Origin: Octopus vulgaris
Lineage: Eukaryota
DNA: 64,000 nucleotides
Assembly: GCA_951406725.2 (NCBI GenBank)
Contig: OX597825.1
Coordinates: 15,996,001-16,060,000 of the forward strand
Direction: 5' to 3'
The first letter of the stretch is position 1, and each line of letters begins with the position of its first letter. The notes under the pieces are model-generated. The model was not told the origin of the DNA and did no database searches. It saw only the letters and a program-made list of their open reading frames with translations. This document shows positions 11,809 to 23,820 of this stretch, piece after piece. The translations under genes and the position numbers were made by a program.

Positions 11809-12559
11809 GGTATTTGTATCTCTGTGTGTGTGTCTGCATATGCTTGTTCTAACATAACATGATGTTTGTAAACAAACATCAGTGTCATACAAAGAATGTC
11901 ATTTGTTTCTAATCTCTGTGGAAATCATGTTTAGTTTTGGTTTCAAATTTTGGCACCAGACTGACAAATTTGGGTGGGGAGGGGGAAAATGGATTACATC
12001 TGCCCTAGTGCGCAACTAGTGCTTATTTTATCAATTATGTGAAGACGAAAGGCTAAGTCGACCAATCTCAGAACATAAAGACACATGAAATAATGCTAAG
12101 CATTTTTCCCAGAATGCTAGCAATTTTGCCAATTTGCTGCTTTGAACCATAGAGAAATATTACGTTGCTTAGAAACAGGTGAGGGTTAGTGACAGGAACA
12201 GCATCCAGCCTTAGAAAATTTGCTCCTGCAAATACTATTTGACCATGTAAGCATGGAATAATATTTTCTACTCTAGGCACAAGGCCTGAAATTTTGGGGG
12301 AGGTGGGGGGCCCAGTCGATTAGATTGACCCCAGTACATAACTGGTTCCTTAATTTACCGACCCTGAAAGGATGAAAGGCAAAGTCGATCTTAGCGGAAT
12401 TTGAACTCAGAACATAAAGACAGACGAAATACCACTAAGCATTTTCCCCAGCGTGCTAACGTTTCTGCCAGCATGGAATAATGAACACTGAATGATAGTG
12501 TGTATATGTGTATGTGTGCGTGTGTTTGTCCACTTGCTTGTATATGAATATATATATAA

Positions 12560-12810
12560 TGTTCCTTCTTGAGCCATGCCAGACTCATAAGGGCCAGCTT
12601 CCCGGTTTCAGTGGCGTAGAAATTCCCCACCTGGACAGGATGCCAGTCCGTCGAAGGATTACTCATTTTTGCCAGCTGAGTGGACTGGAGCAACGTGAAA
12701 ATGAAGTGTTTTGCTCAAGAACACAACACATCACCCAGTCCAGGAATCGAAATCATAACCTTACATTCATGAGTTCAACACCCTAACTACTAAGCCATGC
12801 ACCTCCACAC
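12560..12810 (-). mobile_element. SINE family C (tRNA head plus CORE/V-like domain)
   Basis: Minus strand reads gcatggcttagtagttagg...gatttcgattcc...ttcttgagcaaaacactt...ccactcagctgg. Relatives at 25980-26160, 28485-28820, 29020-29290, 38899-39190, 53935-54270. Confidence 0.75.
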
Positions 12811-12841
12811 ACATATATACCTATATCTATCTATCTATCTA

Positions 12842-12877
<36 letters not shown>

Positions 12878-12885
12878 TGCATATG

Positions 12886-13014
12886 TCTTTTATTAATAAT
12901 TGGCATGACTTAAGGGCTGAGAGTTTTGTGTATTGGCACTTGTAATGTGTGCCAATGCATGAAATTCTTGGCCTTTGTGTCACTCCATAATTTCTGCCAA
13001 TTATTAATTAAAGA
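12886..13014 (+). other. long imperfect hairpin (34-bp core stem 12906-12982)
   Basis: Core: 33 of 34 positions pair, 8 as G-U, with one U-U and a 9-nt loop. Outer arms attaataattggca / tgccaattattaat. Confidence 0.8.
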
Positions 13015-13479
13015 ATGTGTATGGTGAAATAATTGTTTCTAATGTATGCTTTCAGAACCACCGTTCCAAAATAGTCTTATTTCACGTTCTCTTGGAAGTC
13101 TTTAATATTCTTAGTGCATCAACATATATTTGTGTGTGTGTGTGGTTGTGTGTGTGTGTGTGTTATGTGTGTGTACATACACATTAAGAAAGACATCCAT
13201 TTTTGTAATGACATAGCAGTGCTTCCCCTTTTTAACCATGGCCCCTTTTGGTCCCTATCTTACTCAAATGGACCCTCATAGCTATTTGATGTTAAAAATT
13301 ATGTTAAAAAATTCTATTGTATTTTTAGGATTAAATATTATTCGGATTAGTGGTTGGCATTAGGAAGGGCATCCAGCCGTAGAATCCATGCCAAATCAGA
13401 TTGGAACCCTGTGCAGCTCCCTGGCTTTCCAGTGAAACTGTCCAATCCGTGCCAGTGTGGAAATCGGAGGTTAAATGAT

Positions 13480-13712
13480 ACTCTTTTACTCTTTTACTTG
13501 TTTCAGTCATTTGACTGTGGCCATGCTGGAGCACCACCTTTAGTTGAGCAAATTGGCCCCAGGACTTACTCTTTGTAAGCCTAGTACTTACTCTATCAGT
13601 CTCTTTTGCCAAACCGCTAAGTTACAGGGACGTAAACACACCAACATCTGTTGTCAAGCGATATTGCTGGGGACAAACACAAACACACAAACATATACAC
13701 ACACATACATAC

Positions 13713-13767
<55 letters not shown>

Positions 13768-14060
13768 ACAAGCTTCTTTCAGTTTCCATTTACCAAATCC
13801 ACTCACAAGGCTTTGGTCGGCCCGAGGCTATTGTAGAAGAAAATTACCCAAGTTGCCTTGCAGTGGGACTGAACCCGGAACCATGTGGTTGGTAAGCAAG
13901 CTACTTACCACACAGTCACTCCAGATGTTAAATGATACTCTTTTACTCTTTTACTTGTTTCAGTCATTTGACTGCGGCCATGCTGGAGCACCACCTTTAG
14001 TTGAGCAAATCGGCCCCTGGACTTATTCTTTTGTAAGCCCAGTACTTATTCTATTAGTAT
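13480..14060 (-). mobile_element. SINE family A plus a tandem duplicate of its 3' tail
   Basis: gttaaatgatactcttttactc... occurs at both ~13470 and ~13927. Confidence 0.85.
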
Positions 14061-14426
14061 CTTGAACCAGGGGACTTTTTAAAAGTTTGAGAAACAAGTA
14101 TTTAGTCAATACACTCATCTAAAATATTTCCTACTACAAACTTGGAATTCCCTATTTGTTGGCTATGCTCAATGCAACTCCTTTAAATATCACCACAACT
14201 GGAGCTGATGTAAGGGGAGTAAACCTGTCCCCACCGGCAGTACCCCTGCATGGACAAATATTTTTTGTCTAACTGACTGTGACATATCTCGTCTTCCAGT
14301 TGCAAAAGGTTATGTGCTTTCGGCCATTTGAGTCTGATAAGTTACCTATACTGCAAAGCACTTTATAGGCGTTAAACTAATAGTTACTCTATGACTGGCC
14401 ATATCATTTAATTTCCTAAATATATA

Positions 14427-14920
14427 TCATCATTTAACGTCCGTTTTCCATGCTAGCATGGGTTGGACGGTTCAACTGGGGTCTGGGAAGCCAGGAGGCT
14501 GCGCCAGGCCCAGTCTGATCTGGCAGTGTTTCTACAGCTGGATGCCTTTCCTAACGCCAACCACTCCGAGAGTGTAGTGGGTGCTTTTTATGTGCCACCT
14601 GCACAGTTGCCAGGCGAGGCTGGCAAACGGCCATGATCGGATGGTGCTTTTTACATGCCACCAGCATGGGGGCCAGACAAGGCTGGTAACGGCCACAATC
14701 GGATGGTGCTTTTTACGTGCCACCAGCATGGGGGCCAGACAAGGCTGGTAACCGCCACAATCGGATGGTGCTTTTTACGTGCCACTGGCACGGAGGCCAG
14801 TCGGGGCGGCACTGGCAACAGCCACGTTCGGACGGTTATCTTACGTGCCACAGGCACTGGTATCTCAGCTACAATATCCATTGATGTTGAAAGATTTTGA
14901 TTTTGATTTTGATTTTGATT
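14427..14920 (-). mobile_element. RTE LINE 3' UTR fragment with internal ~60-bp repeats
   Basis: (GAT)n tail and tggtgcttttacgtgccac repeats; same family as 58215-59049. Other copies at 13350-13478, 16537-16740, 22276-22756, 36072-36590, 37325-37470, 50840-51050, 60920-61180. Confidence 0.8.
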
Positions 14921-14957
14921 TATATATATATATCATTTATATATTATATATATATAT

Positions 14958-15350
14958 ATCATCATCATCATCATCATCACCATCATTTATTGTCCATTTT
15001 TCATGTTGGCACTGGAACTGTGAAGGTCAGAGGTCACACCGGGCTCCATTGCCTGTGCTGGCATAGTTTCTATAGGTAGATGGTCCTCCCTAACACCAAC
15101 CACTCCACAGAGTGCACCAGGTGCTTTTTATGTGGCACCAGAATCCTACTGTGGCAGATGGATCTTCTCAAGTACAGTGAAGCGCCAGATATCATGGTCC
15201 TTTGTCATCTCTTTTGTAAGGCTCGGTGTCTTGAGATCGGCCTTCACTATGTCATCCCAGGTCTTCCTGGGTCTCTCTCTTCCGCAAGTTCCATCCACTT
15301 TAAGTGATCAGCATTATGTATGCATCTATTGATATCCATATGCATCACAT
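14958..15350 (-). mobile_element. RTE LINE 3' fragment (related subfamily)
   Basis: Minus translation KVDGTCGRERPRKTWDDIVKADLK...TKEMTKDHDIWRFTVLEK, followed by UTR and a (GAT)n tail. Confidence 0.75.
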
Positions 15351-15451
15351 GGATGTCAATAGTTGCCTAAAAGATGTACTTAAGCTTGAGTCAAATCCAA
15401 AGATTGTTAATAGTCATAATGCATGGATTAACTAGTGGCAAATAATAGATT

Positions 15452-16009
15452 CTTCTTCTTCTTCTTCTTCTTCTTCTTCTTCTTCTTCTTCTTCTTCTTC
15501 TCCTTCTTCTTCTTCTTCTTCTTCTCCTTCTCCTTCTTCTTCTTCTTCTTCTTCTTCTTCTTCTTCTTCTTCTTTGCCCCTTGTGGAGCATAGGGCCTCA
15601 ACATTTGTTTTCCACATTTTGCGGTCATTGGCGTGTTGCTTGGCTGCTTCCCATGTCAGGCCGGTCGTCGTGAGCTCATCCAAAATGCTCCACTTCCATG
15701 TCTGCTTCGGGCGTCCTCGCTTCTTTTTCCTCTGCGGGTTCCAGTCAAGTGCTTGTCATGTTACATTTGGGGGTTCTTTCCACAGTGTGTCCCCGATCCA
15801 ACTCCATTTCGTTTATCTCATCTGAACATGTATGGGCTTCAGGTTGGCCCTTTCCCACAGGTCGGTGTTTGGCACTTTGTCAAACCACTTCAGATGGAGG
15901 ATCTGCCGGAGACATTTGTTGAGGAAGGTCTAGATCTTCTTGTAGTTACTGTAGGTGGCTCTCCATGTTTCAGAGCCATACAAAAGCACAGATTTTACGT
16001 TCAAATGTA
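15452..16009 (-). mobile_element. 5'-truncated RTE-clade LINE with (GAA)n tail and 12-bp TSD
   Basis: Minus translation NVKSVLLYGSETWR...ALDWNPQRKKKRGRPKQTW...ANDRKMWKTNVEALCSTRGK, with in-frame stops. TSD aaataatagatt at 15440-15451 and 16010-16021. Confidence 0.92.
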
Positions 16010-16797
16010 AAATAATAGATTAAAATATCTTATTTCATATTTTTTAGATATGTTGGGAAATAGCATTTTGTTTTGTACTTTAACATCCAATGCTGAAACC
16101 TCACCAAAGATGTAAGCTCATTCAAGCCTCTCATCTCAAATTACCATGGTGGATAAAATAAATATAAAATACAATAAAATAAAATAAAATAACACATGAG
16201 TAATAATATATCAGGACCAATTTAATCAATTATGATTGTTGCTCACAAATTTATGGACTTATGGCAGTGTTAAGAAATCAATATTTAATTTAACTATTAA
16301 TTAATAATTGCTCAAAGAATATATTTGCATATATTAAAATTTAAGTGTTGATATAACAAGAGAAACAAAGAAAGAGAGAAAGAGACAGACAGACAGGCAG
16401 GCAGGCAGACAGGCAGACAGGCAGGCAGACAGGCAGGCAGGCAGGTAGTCTGACAGGCAGACAGACAAACAGTCAAAGATGGGGAAGAATGGTGAGAAGG
16501 AGAAGGAAGAAATATCAATGAGTTGCAATCTGTTTTCATCATCATCATCATCATCTAATGTCTACTTTCCATGCTGGCATGGGTTGGATGACTTGACTAG
16601 AACAGGCACAGCCAGGGCTCACAACAGGTTCCATAGCCTGTTTTGGCTTCGATTCTATACCTGGATGCCCTTCCTGATGCCAACCACTTTGGGTGCTTTT
16701 TACGTGGGACCAACACCAGTACTTTTCATGTGGCACTTTGGTTTTAGGGTATTAATATATTCTTTTATTCTTTTACTCTTTTACTTGTTTCAGTCAT

Positions 16798-17340
16798 GAC
16801 AATATGAGTCTTCGAAGACAGTTGCTCCCATAAATACCAAAATAAAATTTGGGATTTATGGAGGGTCAAAGCTGGGAACAAAAACAGAACGTTGGAGGCA
16901 TACAAAGAAACCAAATGAAAACAAACATGGAGGGTCGTTAGACCAGATGTCTTCTTGTCTCTTTCTTCTATCGTTTCTCTTTTCAATGAAAATATTTCTC
17001 CAGCGTTCTCTATTTTATCCCTGTTCTGGTCTAACGACCCTCCATGTTTTTTTTTGTTTGTTTTCCTCGTATGTCACCACTGTCCTATTTTTGTTCCCAA
17101 CTTTGACCCTCCATAAAGCCAAAATTTTATTTTAGTACTTATGGGAACAACTGTCTTCGAAGACTCATATTGTCGTTCAATGCTCGAAATGAGGAGTAGA
17201 TAGACAGCCAACAACTGATGAAGGGTCGTTCTTTATGTTACTTGTCCTGTTTTCCATTTTTCTCTCTTGTTGTTTGCACATTTAACTCATTTGGTTTCGT
17301 ATTTCATGTTGTTTGCTGTTGGTGACGTCCTGTACCCATA
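16798..17340. mobile_element. inverted-repeat element, probably a Penelope-type terminal repeat with inverted 5' copy
   Basis: 16798-16947 is the reverse complement of ~17025-17174. ctgatgaaggg at 17215; ends in a TA/CA microsatellite. Confidence 0.55.
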
Positions 17341-17533
17341 TATGCATACATATATGTATATATGTTCGATTTTACTCAAAAAGTATTGGAATCTTATATA
17401 TATACCATTTTGCCTAAAAAATGGATTTACAAATGCAATATCCCTTCATATCTCACACCTATTTTCCTTCGTCCACGTCACTCTATTCTGTATCATATCT
17501 AAATTAACTATTACTTAAATATTCTCTCACACC

Positions 17534-17581
17534 GTCTCCAATGAAGGGATATAATAAATATCCTGGAAACAGCTGTAAGAC
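17534..17581 (+). ncRNA. hammerhead-like motif with palindromic stem III (decayed core)
   Basis: gucu-CCAAUGA-a-gggauau[aauaa]auauccu-g-GAAAC-AGCU-GUA-agac. Confidence 0.55.
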
Positions 17582-18369
17582 ATTCTATCTATAAATGTTC
17601 TAAAATCTACTCAGCCTTAGTTTTTTTATCTCATTATGAAAAAAAATTTTTATATACACACGCTGACATATGACCAACGTTGAACACCTTATTCACAAAA
17701 TTACCGAACTTGGAACTTAACTATGGTCTATCTATAGCACTTATTCAGCATTACCTGACACCTTTGGGTCTCAATGACACCATTATCTCTTATATATATA
17801 TATATATATATATATTATCTGTAATATATATATATATACTATGCCTGAAAAGGAAATGTCGAATGGTCATGGCCCAGAACACTATTGAACATTAGATCTG
17901 TTTGATCAGGGTTGACTTGAGCAGAAAAAGATCATCATCATCATCAAGTGTGGGTGAAAAATCAAACTAGTATGTGGTGGCTCAGTATGCTAGAAATAGC
18001 TGGTAAATCTCTGAGACAGACACATTAGATAAGGCAGCGTTAGATATACACTGACTGAAATATGAATAGATAAGGTGTTCACAGCTGTGTATTTTTGACT
18101 ACAGGTCAGCGTAATTAAGGTTCACATAGGCTCAGGGGCTAAACTGCAATAACAATGGAAGCAAGGATTTCATTCTGCTACTGATTTAGAGAAAAGCATG
18201 ACCATCAAATAACATCATTCTGTTCCTCTATAAATGTTTCATCTTGAATTTAACAAAAATATAATTAAATGTGTATTTGAATGTATAGTTAAATGTGTGA
18301 GTGTGTGTGTGTTTGTGTGTGTATGCATGTAGACATACAGATATATATGCACACATACACACACACATA

Positions 18370-18536
18370 CAAGGGGGTGCTGAAATGTTTCTGGCTCTAA
18401 GGGTATGACACAAAACTGAAGAACTGCTGCAATAAGTGTGTGAATCTGAGAGGGGAATATACTCAATAAAATCATAATTAACCGATTCTTCTGTATATTC
18501 TTTTGCCCAAAGCCAGGAACTTTTCAGCACCCACTC
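18370..18536 (+). mobile_element. mariner-derived MITE
   Basis: TIR gggtgctgaaatgtttctggct / agccaggaacttttcagcaccc after TA. Retains a transposase C-terminus NKCVNLRGEY*. Same family as 60689-60887. Confidence 0.75.
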
Positions 18537-18541
18537 TTTTC

Positions 18542-18573
<32 letters not shown>

Positions 18574-18576
18574 GTT

Positions 18577-18976
18577 GTAGGAGTGGCTGTGTGGTAAGTA
18601 GCTTGCTTACCAACCACATGGTTCCGGATTCAGTCCCACTGCATGGCAACTTGGGCAAGTGTCTTCTACTATGGCCTCGGGCCGACCAAAGCATTGTGAA
18701 TGGATTTGGTAGATGGAAACTGAAAGAAGCCCATCGTATATATGTATATATATGTATGTGTGTATATATATTTGTGTGTCTGTGTTTGTCCCCACCAACA
18801 TCACTTGACAACAGGTGTTTTTATGTCCCCATAACTTAGCGGTTCAGCAAAAGCAACCAATAGAATGAGTACTAGGCTTACAAAGAATAAGTCCATGGGT
18901 CGATTTGGTCGACTAAAGGCGGTGCTCCAGCATGGCAACAGTCAAATGACTGAAACGAGTAAAAGAGAAAAAAGAG
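18577..18976 (+). mobile_element. SINE family A
   Basis: Full-length match to family A. Confidence 0.88.
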
Positions 18977-19532
18977 TATACACGCATAATATAAGATATA
19001 TATATATATATATACACACACACTCACATAGATGTAAATACACAAACATGTATGTATACTTATATTTAAATATAAATGTGCATCTGTTTATACATATGCA
19101 TATGCATGCACATACACATACACACACACACGCACACACACATATTCTGAGTTTTGCATTCCCAACTATATTAAATGCATCTTCAATTATATTTTTGATA
19201 TAGCATGTTGCACATATTGACGAGTGTGAGTGTGTATATGTCCATGTAGATACACACATTCATATATCTATCTGTATATATATGTATGTATGTATGTATG
19301 TGTGTGCATGTATGTATGTATGTATGTATGCATGCATGTATGTATGTATATGTATGTGTATGTGTGTAGGTATGTGTATGTATGTATATGTATAATGTTT
19401 ATAAATATATGTTTCAATACACGTCATGTCTCCATGGAGATATTGCACTGACTTGTGCAGTATTGGTCAATGTGACGTCAGTATAGTTTTCTCCACATTG
19501 AAAAGAAAAGGGAAAGAAAGAGAGAAAGAGAG

Positions 19533-19571
<39 letters not shown>

Positions 19572-19689
19572 AGGAGGAAGAGAGGGATGGAGTGGGGGGG
19601 GCAGCAGGGAGAGATGGAGAGAATTTCACAACATGATGTCATAGAATTGGTGCTATAATGGTATTTGATATCGGTGTGCCAGTCTCTTA

Positions 19690-21270
19690 GGAACACATCT
19701 GCTGCTGCTGCTGCTTTGTGATAATAATGATGATGATGATGATTATGATGATAATTATCATCATCATCATCATCATCATCGTCGTCACCATTATTACCAC
19801 AGTGATGGCAGTAGTGGTGGTGGTGGTGGTGGTGGTGGTGGTGGTGGTGGTGGTGGTGGTGGTGGTGGTGGCAGTGATGATATCGTAGCAATGGTGGTGG
19901 TGGTGGTGGTAGTGGAGGTGATGGTAGTGTTTGATGTTGATGGTGCGGTTGTGTGTCGGTAGTGGTGAGTACCAAGCAGGTGGTAGTTGTGGTGTTTGTA
20001 GTAATTGCGGTTGTGGCTGTAGCTGTTAATGTGGTAGTAGTAGTGGTAGTGGTGGTAGTGGTGGTATAATGGTGTTGACTGTTACATTAGTGGTGATCAT
20101 AGACGCTGTTGGTGATGTTGTTTGTGGTGGTGGTGGTGGTGGTGGTGGTCATCGTCGTCTTTGTGATAGTGGCGATGATGGTGGTGGTTGGTCCTGGTGG
20201 TAGTAATGTATGTGGTTGTGGTGGTGGTAGTGGTGATGATGATGGCGGTAGTGGTGGTGGTTGTGGTGATAGTGGAGGTGGTAGTGAAGGCGGTTGTGGT
20301 AGTGGAGATGGTTGTGGTGGTTGTTACGATGATGGTGTTGGTGGTTGTGGTAATAGTGGCAGTGGTAGTGAAGGTGGTGGTGGTGGTGGTAGTGGTTGTG
20401 GCAGTGGTGGTAGTTGTCATTGCAGTTGGTATGTTGGTAGTATAATTGTTGTGAAGTCTGTAGTACATATGATGATGGTGTTGGTAGTAACGGTGGTAGT
20501 TGTGGTGGTGGTTGTGGTATTGTTGTTGTTGTTGTTGGCGATAGTGGTGGTTGTGGAGGTGGTAGTAGTGGTGGTAGTTGTGGTGGTAGTGGCGGTGGTG
20601 GTAGTAGTGGTGGTGGTGGTGGTGGTAGTGATGATAGTGGAGATGGTGGTAGTGGTGGTGCTGGTTGTGGTGGTGGAGGTAGCGATGGTAGTGGAGATGG
20701 TGGTGATTGTAGTACTGGTTGTGGAGGTAGTAGTAGTGGTGGGAGTGGAGGTGGCGGTGGTGATAGTGGTGGTTGTGATGATGGTAGTGGTAGTGGTTGT
20801 TGTTGTTGTGGCAGTAGTTTTGGTGGTGGTGGTGACTGTGTTAGCAGTGGTTGATGGCAGTGGAGGTGGTTCTTGCATAGCCTGTGGGTGGGGGTAGCTG
20901 TCGTTATTGTGTCAACGGTAGCAGCAGTTGTTATTGTTCGGGCCCCGTGGTGGCAGCGGTAGTGGTGGTGGTGGTGGTGGTGGTGTCAGTTGTGGCTTTT
21001 GTTGTGTTGCAGTAGTACGAGGGGGGGGTGATGCTGTTTGCTATGTCCTGATTTTGCTGGTTGTCTTGATGGTGGCTGAGGTTGCAGGTTGCAGGGAATG
21101 TGGTGATGACGGCCTTGTGATGACAGCAGTGATGGTGATGACAGCAGTGATGACGATGGTGATATCAGCTGTTGGGATAACGACAGTTTATGGATATAAT
21201 GAGAAGACACAGAATTCTAAGACTTTTATGAATAAGTGGTAGGAGTAGTGATGGCGGAAGAGTTGTCTAG

Positions 21271-21304
<34 letters not shown>

Positions 21305-21390
21305 TAGTAGTGGTGGTGGTGGTGGTGGTGGTGGTGGTGGTAGTAATAGTGGTAGTAGTAGTAGTAGTAGTTGTAGTAGTAGTAGTGAAA
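19690..21390. repeat. degenerate (GGT/AGT/GAT)n trinucleotide field
   Basis: Directly visible; produces the poly-V/T/H pseudo-ORFs. Confidence 0.95.
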
Positions 21391-21612
21391 GGTAGCATCA
21401 CATTTGCCATGGACACCAGAACGGTAAAGAAAAGATTGATCATAATTTTAATAGATAATTGGCTGCTGATAGGTGAGTGTGAAAATATTACAAGAAGAAG
21501 AGAGAACGGACATAGATAGATAGATAGATAGAAAGATAGACAGATGGACTGATGGACAGATAGATGTAGATGGGTGGGTAGGTGCATGGGTAAGGATGTA
21601 GGCAGATATATA

Positions 21613-21699
<87 letters not shown>

Positions 21700-21704
<5 letters not shown>

Positions 21705-21948
21705 GGAAGAAATGGAGCTGAACGAAGATTTTACAAAATTCCTTTTTATTATTTTCTACATATGTTTCAAAGGCTGCAAAGTCCCTAAACTCGGATTGAA
21801 TAAAGATGCGCAGCATTTTGCAGCCTTTGGAAAAATGGTCTCCTTATTCAATCCGAATTAGGGACTTTGCAGCCTTTGAAACATATGTAGAAAATAATAA
21901 AAAGGAATTTTGTAAAATCTTCGTTCAGCTCCATTTCTTCCCTCACTA
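21700..21948. mobile_element. near-perfect ~104-bp-arm palindrome, Penelope-type inverted terminal repeat
   Basis: 21700-21803 is the reverse complement of 21844-21948. The right arm carries GAAAC-AUAU-GUA (3' half of a hammerhead). Abuts (TA)n. Confidence 0.65.
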
Positions 21949-22104
21949 AATATATAAAACTTCAAATTTCCGCACTAAGGCACGGTTTTGAGACCCCATG
22001 GTCGTAACCTCAACCGTGATTTTTCTGTTGTGATTTTTGCTACCCAGGTATCGGTTATAATTTGAATAATCCATAACAAGATAATTCATTTATCCATTTC
22101 AATA

Positions 22105-22170
<66 letters not shown>

Positions 22171-22190
22171 TAAGCTTACCATTTTATAGG

Positions 22191-22275
<85 letters not shown>

Positions 22276-22929
22276 GAAATTGAGCCAAATTCGATGACTG
22301 GCACCTGTGCCAGTGGAGCGCTAACAGCTCCATCCGAGCGGGATCACTGCCAGAGCAGCTGTCTGGCTTCTGTGCCAGTGGCACGTAAAACGCACCCATT
22401 TGAGCGTGATCATTACCAGCATCGCCCTACTGGCACTTGTGCTGGTTGCATGTGAACAAAACATTCGAGTGAGGTCAATGCCAGTGCCACTGGACTGACT
22501 CCTGTGCAGGTGGCACGTAAAAAACACCATTTCGAGCGTGGCTGTTGCCAGTACCGCCAGACTGGCCCTTGTGCCGGTGGCATGTAAAAGCACCCACTAC
22601 ACTCTTGGAGTGGTTGGCATTAGGAAGAGCATCCAGCTGTAGAAACTCTACCAGATCAGATTGGAGCCTAGCACAGCCATCTGGTTCGCCAGTCCTCAGT
22701 CAAATCGTCCAACCCATGCTAGCATGGAAAGCAGACGTTAAATGATGATGATGATATATATATATAGGTAATTATGCGTATATTCATGCACACACACACA
22801 CACATATACTCACATGTATGTGTATGTTTTCGAATAGCCTACTTATAGATAAAAATAGATTGGCAGATAGGCATAATGGAAAATAGATAAGTAGGTATTT
22901 ATGCAGAAAGACGGACTGGTAGACAGACA

Positions 22930-23218
22930 GAATTGCAGAAGGCAAGTGCACACAAGGCAGACAGAGAAAGAGCTTCAAGGACGCACTTCAAGCGTCGCTG
23001 GAGATCAACATCAACACCTGAGAAATGCAAGCACAACACTGCCCTTCCTGGTGAAGATACACCAACAGTGGCATCATGGTGGCGCCACCACCTATGAATA
23101 GAACAAGGACACAAAGCAAAAATTTAACGGTGTAATCCAAACCCAACTCCTTGTCCTCAGTCCCAAAATGCAACCAGGGCCCAACCTCCAGTAAAGCCTT
23201 TTGAGCATGCATTGCCTG
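22930..23218 (+). mobile_element. decayed RTE (BovB-like) LINE 3' end
   Basis: ELQKA/AEGKCTQGRQRKSFKDALQASLEININT*EMQAQHCPSW...GATTYE resembles the RTE C-terminus GKRxxGGQKKRFKDTLK...W..LAQDR..W. Confidence 0.7.
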
Positions 23219-23272
23219 TATATATATATATATATATATAAATAAATATAAGAGAGTGGTCACTATGTGGCT

Positions 23273-23342
<70 letters not shown>

Positions 23343-23344
<2 letters not shown>

Positions 23345-23572
23345 GCGGGGAGCTGACAGAAAGGTTAGCACACCGGGCGAAATGCGTAGCCGTATTTCGT
23401 CTGCCATTACGCTCTGAGTTCAAATTCCGCCGAGGTCGAGTTTGCCTTTCATCCTTTCGGGGTCGATTAAATATGTACCAGTTACACACTGGGATTGATA
23501 TAATCGACTTAGTCCGTTTGTCTGTCCTTGTTTGTCCCCTCTGCGTTTAGCCCCTTGTGGGTAGTAAAGAAA
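23343..23572 (+). mobile_element. SINE family B in (TA)n
   Basis: Full-length match to 11577-11808. Confidence 0.88.
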
Positions 23573-23820
23573 TATATATATATATGTATATAATTTTCTT
23601 CTCTGCTTTGTATACCAGATGTCAGGTGTCAAAGTGATTGCAGAGCAATCTGAGATGAAGTGTTTTGCTTAAGAAAACAATGCAGTTCTGGCAACAACCA
23701 TGCTCAAAAGGTGTTTTTTTACATGCTACCTGCACGGTCGCCAGTCCGGTAGTACAGGCAACGACTATGCTCGAATGTTGTTTTTCACGTGCCATCAGCA
23801 TATGTGCCAGTAAGGCGACG

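Noticed and set aside
17180-17230. type II hammerhead (gctcgaaa...ctgatgaagggt)
   Set aside because: Both boxes are present but stems I and III cannot be paired.
19478-21242. poly-V/T/H/G ORFs as mucin- or His-rich proteins
   Set aside because: Degenerate trinucleotide repeat, open in several frames on both strands.
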